A DNA stretch of 14,534 nt from a bacterium (GTDB lineage Bacteria; Zhuqueibacterota; Zhuqueibacteria; Oceanimicrobiales; Oceanimicrobiaceae): assembly GCA_046757025.1 (NCBI GenBank), contig JBHHXN010000135.1:1-14534 (forward strand), in the 5' to 3' direction. How positions within the stretch are numbered: position 1 is the first letter of the stretch; the number at the start of each line of letters is the position of its first letter. Below the pieces are notes generated by a model, which had not been told where the DNA came from, searched no databases, and saw only the letters and a program-made list of their open reading frames with translations. Of this stretch, positions 8,503-14,534 are shown one piece after another. The translations under genes were made by a program, and so were the position numbers.

Positions 8503-8852
8503 TCCCCTTTCATTTGACCAAAAGTCTTCTTTACAACACGCAATATAAAATTGACCGTGTGTAAAATTTCCTCAATGTTAAATTTCACTTTGGTGCGTGT
8601 TTCTTCAGGGATGTTACCTTTAAATTTACACCAACTTTTCTTAAAGTCAAGTATTTTTTTATGTTGGCCGTTAATTCTTTCTAATAATTTCAATTTTTCA
8701 TTATTTGTTTGCAGAAAATGAGCGAAATCATCCGCTTGCAATAATTTCGATTGACTGATAAAGAGGTTTTTTATGGCAGCCAAGGTGTGGGATTGTCTTT
8801 CCAATTCCACTACAACGATTTTGAGAAATGCCATTTCTAAACAAGAATTCAC
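8478..8852 (-). CDS. helical protein resembling the FlgN flagellar export chaperone
   Basis: Pattern LERQ...L..L...Q.KLL..DD...F...N.EK..LL..I resembles the FlgN N-terminal helices; ~120 aa; adjacent FlgM-like ORF; start GTG 8852 or ATG 8834. Confidence 0.5.
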   Translation of the reverse strand: MNSCLEMAFLKIVVVELERQSHTLAAIKNLFISQSKLLQADDFAHFLQTNNEKLKLLERINGQHKKILDFKKSWCKFKGNIPEETRTKVKFNIEEILHTVNFILRVVKKTFGQMKGECLKSLEN

Positions 8853-8891
8853 GATTTATCCACGGTAAAACGCACAGCCAATTTAATAGGA

Positions 8892-8919
8892 ATATCGTCA
8901 TACTGTTACCAAAGCTTTA
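8892..8919 (-). promoter_or_regulatory. sigma-28 (FliA/SigD)-type promoter
   Basis: TAAA-N16-GACGATAT versus consensus TAAA-N15/16-GCCGATA(A/T); extended -35 TAAAGCTT. Confidence 0.68.
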
Positions 8920-9008
8920 CATTTCTTCGCAGCGGGTAAATATTACTAAAATTCCGGGATTTCTGACGCTTGTTATTCCACCGCTGTTTACGGGATGCTC
9001 CAATTTTT

Positions 9009-12000
9009 TTAACAAATTACATCAAAATTGCCGGACAGCACGCGATCCAGATTGCCGGTACGCCAGAGCCGAACACTGTCCCGCACCAATGGGGAAGGCG
9101 CTTCCCGGTAGCGCCGGACGATGGCTAGTTTTTGATCTTTCATTTCAGAAAAAATGCGCAGAGCGTCGGCGCGATGAGCCGCTGAATCCGGCCCAAACGG
9201 CTCTTCTGGTTGAGGCGCAATTTGCACTCGCACTTTACATCGTACAAATCCGCGACCGTTGCCGGGAATCTCCAGTACATGCAATCCTGCTTCGGCTTCC
9301 AGGATCGTAAAAGCGGCAAAACCGCTAACTGAAAGCAGGAGTCGATAAGGTTGTTTTTTTGCGCCACCGGTTTCTTCCAACACAATCAAGTGCATCTTTC
9401 TGATTTCTGCCCATTGTCGATACATGACACCCAACTGTTTAGCGAATTGATTGGTTTGCACTATCTTCTTACCCGATTCCTTACTGGCGTTGATCAATAA
9501 AAAGGCATCGCGGGGGCGACCTTGTTCCAGGCCCGCACAAGCCGCGTCGATCAAATAGATTTGCTGGGCCAAGCGCTGTAAAATGTTTTTCGAGTAACGG
9601 GTTCTATCGCCGCGGTTGGAACCAACAATTCGATTTAGCAACGATGCCGCTGTGCTGAGTCCGGTCTCGATTCGGTCCATGTACTCCGCCAAACCCAGAA
9701 TCGCGAACCGCTGTGGTGAATTCCAGAAGTCGGAATTGGCGGTCTGGACCAGCGCAGATTGTTTTTGGTTCTGCCATTCATCGCTTTCCACCTGCGATTT
9801 AAGACGCTTATACTGACCTTGAAGAAATTCGACTTCTCCTGCGGTGCCGTGTGTGTCGAGTATCAACTTTTCAACACGAAAATCTTGTTCGGAAGGCATC
9901 GTTGCATTTTCTTCCGGTTCCACATCTGTTTCCAGCATTTCCTCCGGAGCATCGGGATCGATAAATTCCACCTTAATTTGCTGACCTTCGCTGCGCACAA
10001 AAAGAAATTGATCGCCTTCTGGAAATTGATGATTGACAATGGTTATGGCCAGCGGCGACAGCAAATAACGTTCGATGGCGCGTTTAAGCGGTCTGGCGCC
10101 GAGGTCGTAAGTGAATCCTTTTTTCAATAAAAAGTCAATGGCAGAATCGTCCCATTCTACCGCCCAGCTGCGTGTACGTAATCCTCTTCGGGTCAACACT
10201 TGATTCAATTCTTTTTGTAGAATTTGTTTCATCTCAGACGTTCCCAGAGGTTTAAAAACCACTACCCTGTCAAGGCGGTTGATAAATTCTTTCCGGAAGA
10301 CTTTGCTCACGGCGCGCTCCACGCTGCCGGCTGTGAAACCAGCACGGCCGTCTGAGAATCCAATGCTGGTACCCAACGGGATATTCGCCCCCAAATTTGA
10401 CGTCAAAATAATGATGCTGTGGCGGAAATCTGCCGTGTTTCCGCGAGTATCCGTGAGCCGACCATCATCAAACACCTGCAGAAATAAATCCCAAATGTTC
10501 TGGTGCGCTTTTTCAAATTCGTCCAGCAGCAGCACCGAAAAGGGCTGATTGCGAATTAAATTCACCAATGCGGTTTTTTCTGTCGTTTCTTGCTGACTTC
10601 CGAGCAATCTGGAAAGACTTTCGGGAGTCTGGAATTCGCTCATGTCCAACCGAATCATGCGTTGTGGTGAACCAAATAAAAACTCCGTGAGCGCTTTCAC
10701 GATTTCTGTTTTACCCGTACCAGTCGGGCCCACAAATAAAAACACGCCCTGCGGACGCGTGGGATCGGTCAGTCCGGCTTTTATCATGGCCACGCGCTCA
10801 ACCAGACAGTCGATGGCCTCTTTTTGACCGAGCACTCGTTCCTGAAAAAACTCCCGCAGTGCCTGCAAATCCAGCCCTTGGCGGTCATCGAGGATGTTTG
10901 CAGGCAGACCGGTGAGCTGTGTGAGGGTGAGCAGCAGCTCATCCCGAGAAATGGGCTCGTTGGACTTGGTTTCCTGTGATAAACTGCGTCTGTGCGTGAG
11001 CTTCAGTAATTGCAGCAAGTTTCCCGGCAGCGCTCGGTCACCCAGATACTGTGTGGTCAATTGCACCGCTTCCGAAAGCGTTTGCTCGGAAATACAGGGC
11101 GCTCCGTCTGGAAGTTTGAAATTGACCAACCACTCTCTGGCCACCCCCGTCGCTTCCTGATTGCTCAATGGGTTGATGCGGTAGGTTTCGATGATGGACG
11201 TTAACCGCGGTTTCATCAATAACAATTGTTCAAAACTCAGGGGCCGGGTTTCACCGATGATGGTGATTTCCCCGTTTTCCACATAAGGCAGAATGTAATC
11301 CAGCACACCAGTTGGGCTGTATCGGTTGCGTCCAGCCCAGGCTAATTCATGAATATCCGGCACAATCCAAAGCACTTTGCGATCGCCGGAGATGTTTCTC
11401 ACCAATTGCAGCAGCCGCTCTTCCAACTGCCCGATATAAACTCGACCGGACAACAAATCCACTCCACCCGCTTCGAAAATCAGCCATCCATGCAGACGCA
11501 TGCGCTCGGCTAACACCCGCAAAGTAGCGGTTTTGCCCACGCCGGATTCGCCGACTAAGATACCCGAGCGAGGAGGTTGTTTCATGAGAGCTGCTTCCAG
11601 TGCATCCACGTGCGCCTGCAAATAATCGTGAGGGATGATCCGATTTTTTTCAGACGTTTCATTCCCATCCCAAATTCGGCCGAAAGTTTTTAAAAAGTCG
11701 ATATTTACATGCGTGAGGCGCCACTGCTGCAATTCTGCCATCAAACCAGGGCACAGTTTTTTCCCGCCAAGTTTGTCCAGCAGCTTTTCAAGATTATTCA
11801 CTTTCGCAGCGGTAAAATTATTCAACGAGGCACCAAAAGTCGGCGTTTCCCCCTCTTCCTGCCGGTCCGTGATGAATTCTTTTAAGATTGCAATCATTTC
11901 GCTGTCTACCCACCACTCGTCTTCGATGTTGCCGATGTGTGCCAGTAACGCTCCCACAACGGGTTCGGCAATGCGCTCAGCCAGCACCCGAAAAGCAAAG

Positions 12001-12392
12001 TAGCGGGTCCAGTAATTGCTTATGTTGATGGAGGAAAGTATCGGGGTCAGAATTTCGTCCCCATTTTTGCGGCGGGCCAGAGCAGCCAGAGCCATCCAGG
12101 CTACATAGGAATTCTCACCGGTGTAGTAGGACAGCAGTTCTTGCGTCGAATAATTCAGGCTGTTGAAATGGTCAATCCCTTGCTTAAAAGCAGGAAGGTG
12201 GAGTAGGTCCCGTGGATGTGCCGCTTCTCCACTTTCATTTTTAAGTTGCTCGGCGATGGCGTACAGATCGGTGGGATTCTTTTCAACGGGATATTTTTCC
12301 TGATTGAACCGTTCCCGGATGATAGAAAATATGAAATAGGCCACACCACCGATTATCAATACGATGAAGAAGTCCATGAGTATGAGCGACAC
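9009..12392 (-). CDS. membrane-anchored ClpA/C-like double AAA+ ATPase fused to an RF2-like (PCRF) release factor module lacking GGQ
   Basis: N-terminal hydrophobic helix; GESGVGKT; GPTGTGKT, RLDMSEF, LLLDEFEKAH, GRLTD, TSNLG, IGF, EFINRLD, GARPLKR; C-terminal DFWN.P, MYRQWAE, LEAEAGLH, IVRRY...P..LVRD.....TGN...VL.G.FD. Start may be ATG 12377, since AGGAGG overlaps the GTG at 12392. Confidence 0.88.
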   Translation of the reverse strand: MSLILMDFFIVLIIGGVAYFIFSIIRERFNQEKYPVEKNPTDLYAIAEQLKNESGEAAHPRDLLHLPAFKQGIDHFNSLNYSTQELLSYYTGENSYVAWMALAALARRKNGDEILTPILSSINISNYWTRYFAFRVLAERIAEPVVGALLAHIGNIEDEWWVDSEMIAILKEFITDRQEEGETPTFGASLNNFTAAKVNNLEKLLDKLGGKKLCPGLMAELQQWRLTHVNIDFLKTFGRIWDGNETSEKNRIIPHDYLQAHVDALEAALMKQPPRSGILVGESGVGKTATLRVLAERMRLHGWLIFEAGGVDLLSGRVYIGQLEERLLQLVRNISGDRKVLWIVPDIHELAWAGRNRYSPTGVLDYILPYVENGEITIIGETRPLSFEQLLLMKPRLTSIIETYRINPLSNQEATGVAREWLVNFKLPDGAPCISEQTLSEAVQLTTQYLGDRALPGNLLQLLKLTHRRSLSQETKSNEPISRDELLLTLTQLTGLPANILDDRQGLDLQALREFFQERVLGQKEAIDCLVERVAMIKAGLTDPTRPQGVFLFVGPTGTGKTEIVKALTEFLFGSPQRMIRLDMSEFQTPESLSRLLGSQQETTEKTALVNLIRNQPFSVLLLDEFEKAHQNIWDLFLQVFDDGRLTDTRGNTADFRHSIIILTSNLGANIPLGTSIGFSDGRAGFTAGSVERAVSKVFRKEFINRLDRVVVFKPLGTSEMKQILQKELNQVLTRRGLRTRSWAVEWDDSAIDFLLKKGFTYDLGARPLKRAIERYLLSPLAITIVNHQFPEGDQFLFVRSEGQQIKVEFIDPDAPEEMLETDVEPEENATMPSEQDFRVEKLILDTHGTAGEVEFLQGQYKRLKSQVESDEWQNQKQSALVQTANSDFWNSPQRFAILGLAEYMDRIETGLSTAASLLNRIVGSNRGDRTRYSKNILQRLAQQIYLIDAACAGLEQGRPRDAFLLINASKESGKKIVQTNQFAKQLGVMYRQWAEIRKMHLIVLEETGGAKKQPYRLLLSVSGFAAFTILEAEAGLHVLEIPGNGRGFVRCKVRVQIAPQPEEPFGPDSAAHRADALRIFSEMKDQKLAIVRRYREAPSPLVRDSVRLWRTGNLDRVLSGNFDVIC

Positions 12393-12428
12393 CTCCTGTT
12401 TTAAAACTCGATGAGAACCGTTCTTGAG

Positions 12429-12479
12429 ATGCAGGATGAAAGGAATTGTGTTTTAGAAATGCGAGATGTAAAGGAATTG
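12429..12479. repeat. imperfect ~20-bp direct repeat in the leader of the Clp-RF gene
   Basis: atgcaggatg-aaaggaattg (12429-12448) and atgcgagatgtaaaggaattg (12459-12479). Confidence 0.6.
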
Positions 12480-12482
12480 GAA

Positions 12483-12511
12483 AATATAGGATGATTGCTC
12501 AGAAAAAGCAA
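12483..12511 (-). promoter_or_regulatory. sigma-70-type promoter of the Clp-RF gene
   Basis: TTGCTT-N17-TATATT, just downstream of the tRNA-Arg terminator. Confidence 0.65.
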
Positions 12512-12534
12512 ACAATTTGTGAATTTAAGCAAAT

Positions 12535-12565
12535 AAAAAAGCTCCCAGAATACGAGAGCCTTTTT
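12535..12565 (-). terminator. intrinsic terminator after tRNA-Arg
   Basis: Minus strand GGCTCTC-GTATTCT-GGGAGCT followed by TTTTTATTT; A run on the other side. Confidence 0.75.
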
Positions 12566-12589
12566 ACACCCCTATTAAGATATTTTTAG

Positions 12590-12653
<64 letters not shown>

Positions 12654-12663
<10 letters not shown>

Positions 12664-13538
12664 ATAAATTGTTTCGCGGCTTGCACGGTGTTTTGCATCA
12701 GCATGGCGATGGTCATGGGACCCACGCCGCCCGGCACCGGCGAAATGGCCGCGGCTTTTTCCACTACGCTGTCAAATTCCACATCGCCAACGATGCGATA
12801 GCCTTTCTCAGCAGCCGCGTCCTCCACCCGGTTCACGCCCACATCGATGACCACCGCGCCGTGTTTTATCATGTCAGCGGTGATCACTTCCGGCCGGCCC
12901 ATGGCCGCGATCAGAATATCCGCCTGCGATGTAATTTCGCTCAAGTCGCGCGTTCCCGTGTGGCAAACGGTGACCGTGGCATTGGCACCGGGCTTCTTTT
13001 GAACAAAAATGGCGGATAGCGGCAGCCCCACAATCTTGCTGCGACCGACGATCACCACGTGTTTGCCTGCGGGATCGATGTCGCTGCGCAACAGCATTTC
13101 GTGCACGCCCAGCGGTGTGCAGGGTACGAAGGTCTTCTCCCCTGCTACCAATTTACCGCGATTTTCCGGATGAAATCCGTCAACGTCTTTCTCCGGCGTC
13201 ACAGCGTTGATCACGCGATTTTCATCGATGTGCGCTGGCAGCGGCAATTGCACCAGAATGGCATGCACTCGATCATCCTCGTTCAGCTCGGCGATGCTGG
13301 CCAGCAAGTGCTCCTGCGAAAGGTCTGCTGGAAAATCAATGGTTTGCGAATGTATCCCCAGTTCCTCACAGGCACGCGATTTCATTTTAACATAAATTCT
13401 GGACGCCGGATTCTCCCCTACCAGCACCACGGCCAGGCTGGGAGGGCAGCCGCGTTGTTTTAACTCATCGACATCCTTTTTCAAGTGCTGCTTGATTCCC
13501 GCCGCGATTTTTTTCCCATCTATTATTTTTGCAGTCAT
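12654..13538 (-). CDS. folD: bifunctional methylenetetrahydrofolate dehydrogenase/cyclohydrolase
   Basis: AKIIDGK, YVKMK, LVQLPLP, KDVDGFHP, PCTP, GRSKIVGLP, PVPGGVGPMTIAML; start taken as ATG 13538. Confidence 0.97.
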
Positions 13539-13552
13539 GGCGTTCAACCTGC

Positions 13553-14347
13553 TTACGGCAAGCTAAGTCTTTCAATGCTGGTCGCTTTACCCGTCTCGGC
13601 AGCGATGGACACCACCACCGCGCAAAATTTCAGATCATTTTCTGCTGTTAGATAACGACTGGGCGTCTGTCGAATAAAGCGATTGATGGCAATTTCTTTT
13701 TTCATGCCCAAAACCGAATCATACGGCCCGGTCATACCGGCGTCGGTGATGTAGGCAGTACCCTCTGGTAAAATTTTTTCATCCGCCGTTTGTATGTGGG
13801 TGTGGGTACCCACCAGGGCGCTCACTTTGCCATCCAGATACCAGCCCATGGCGACTTTTTCTGCCGTGGCCTCAGCGTGAAAATCGACAAAAATAATTTT
13901 CGTAAATTTTTGAATGCGCTTAACCTCGGCCAACCCTCTTCTAAACGGGCAATCGATGGAATATAAATAAGTTCGTCCTTGGAGATTTACCACGGCTATT
14001 TTTACGCCCTCTGTCATTTCCACAATGGTCGAGCCGTGACCGTAATTTCCATCCGGATAATTTAACGGCCTGAGTATGCGATCGCTGTTTTGCAGCATTT
14101 CATAGATGTCTTTGTTGTACCAGATATGATTACCACTGGTAATGACATCGATACCCACATTAAAATAATTTCGGGCAATTTTTTGAGTAAGCCCTTTGCC
14201 GTTGCAACCGTTTTCTCCGTTAGCAATACAGAAGTCGATTTTGTACTTCTCCTTCACCGAAGGGGTAATTTTCGAAGCAATCTCTAGGCCTGGTTTGCCA
14301 ACGATGTCTGCGATAAAAAGAATTCTGACTTCTTTACTCTTGCTCAA
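13553..14347 (-). CDS. ymdB: YmdB-like (TIGR00282) metallophosphoesterase
   Basis: DIVGKPG, ANGEN, TSGNHIW, RPLNYP, VDFHAEATAEK, GTHTHIQTADE, TDAGMTGP..SVLG. Confidence 0.93.
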   Translation of the reverse strand: MSKSKEVRILFIADIVGKPGLEIASKITPSVKEKYKIDFCIANGENGCNGKGLTQKIARNYFNVGIDVITSGNHIWYNKDIYEMLQNSDRILRPLNYPDGNYGHGSTIVEMTEGVKIAVVNLQGRTYLYSIDCPFRRGLAEVKRIQKFTKIIFVDFHAEATAEKVAMGWYLDGKVSALVGTHTHIQTADEKILPEGTAYITDAGMTGPYDSVLGMKKEIAINRFIRQTPSRYLTAENDLKFCAVVVSIAAETGKATSIERLSLP

Positions 14348-14534
14348 TTTTTTAAGTGCGGTTTTAATCTATTACATTGACATGAATTTAAACAGATTGA
14401 TATTAAAAATCAACAACTGATTGAAGATTGTTTAGTGTCGATCTGTAAAGAGCCTTTTTTTGTCATTCCCACAATCTTTAAGCAGGGATTTTTTTAGGGC
14501 CATTTATTTGACTTTTGGTTAATTAAATCGAAAA

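Noticed and set aside
8925..8996. Short repeats (cagcgg/ccgctg, cgggat twice) downstream of the Clp-RF stop
   Set aside because: Only 6 bp long with no U tract; too weak to call a terminator or operator.
8828..9310. 160-aa plus-strand ORF
   Set aside because: It is antisense to the RF-like domain and the sigma-28 promoter, with no recognisable motif.
9009..9840. Calling the C-terminal region a genuine prfB, or the whole gene clpB/clpC
   Set aside because: No GGQ, SPF or CTT-TGA frameshift site, and the region is in frame with the ATPase. No Clp-N repeats, middle domain or GYVG loop.
14350..14534. Promoter or regulatory element upstream of ymdB
   Set aside because: AT-rich, but no well-spaced -35/-10 pair or convincing structure was found.

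Overview
Bacterial chromosomal region; nearly all genes are on the minus strand. The gene content is loosely consistent with an FCB-group-like organism, but this is unverified. Left part (111-6905): a tightly packed housekeeping run, in transcription order CPBP/Abi-like membrane protein, DUF4416-like protein, purM, gpsA, tandem universal stress protein, asnS, TIGR00725/LOG-like protein, acyP and apt. It is preceded by a tRNA Gly-Cys-Leu-Leu cluster. Middle part (7440-8950) is AT-rich: a 45-aa membrane microprotein missing from the ORF track, a divergent 59-aa four-Cys protein, tRNA-Ala, and a FlgN-like plus minimal FlgM-like gene pair behind a near-consensus sigma-28 promoter. Right part: ymdB, folD and tRNA-Arg(CCG), with the folD stop codon lying inside the tRNA. 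Downstream of that tRNA is the main finding, a separately promoted ~1120-aa protein. It combines an N-terminal membrane anchor, a ClpA/C-type double AAA+ module (degenerate D1, intact D2 motifs, IGF loop, no GYVG pore loop) and a C-terminal RF2-like release-factor module lacking the GGQ domain and SPF motif. No integrase, transposase or CRISPR array was seen. All family calls come from motif recognition by eye, without database searches.
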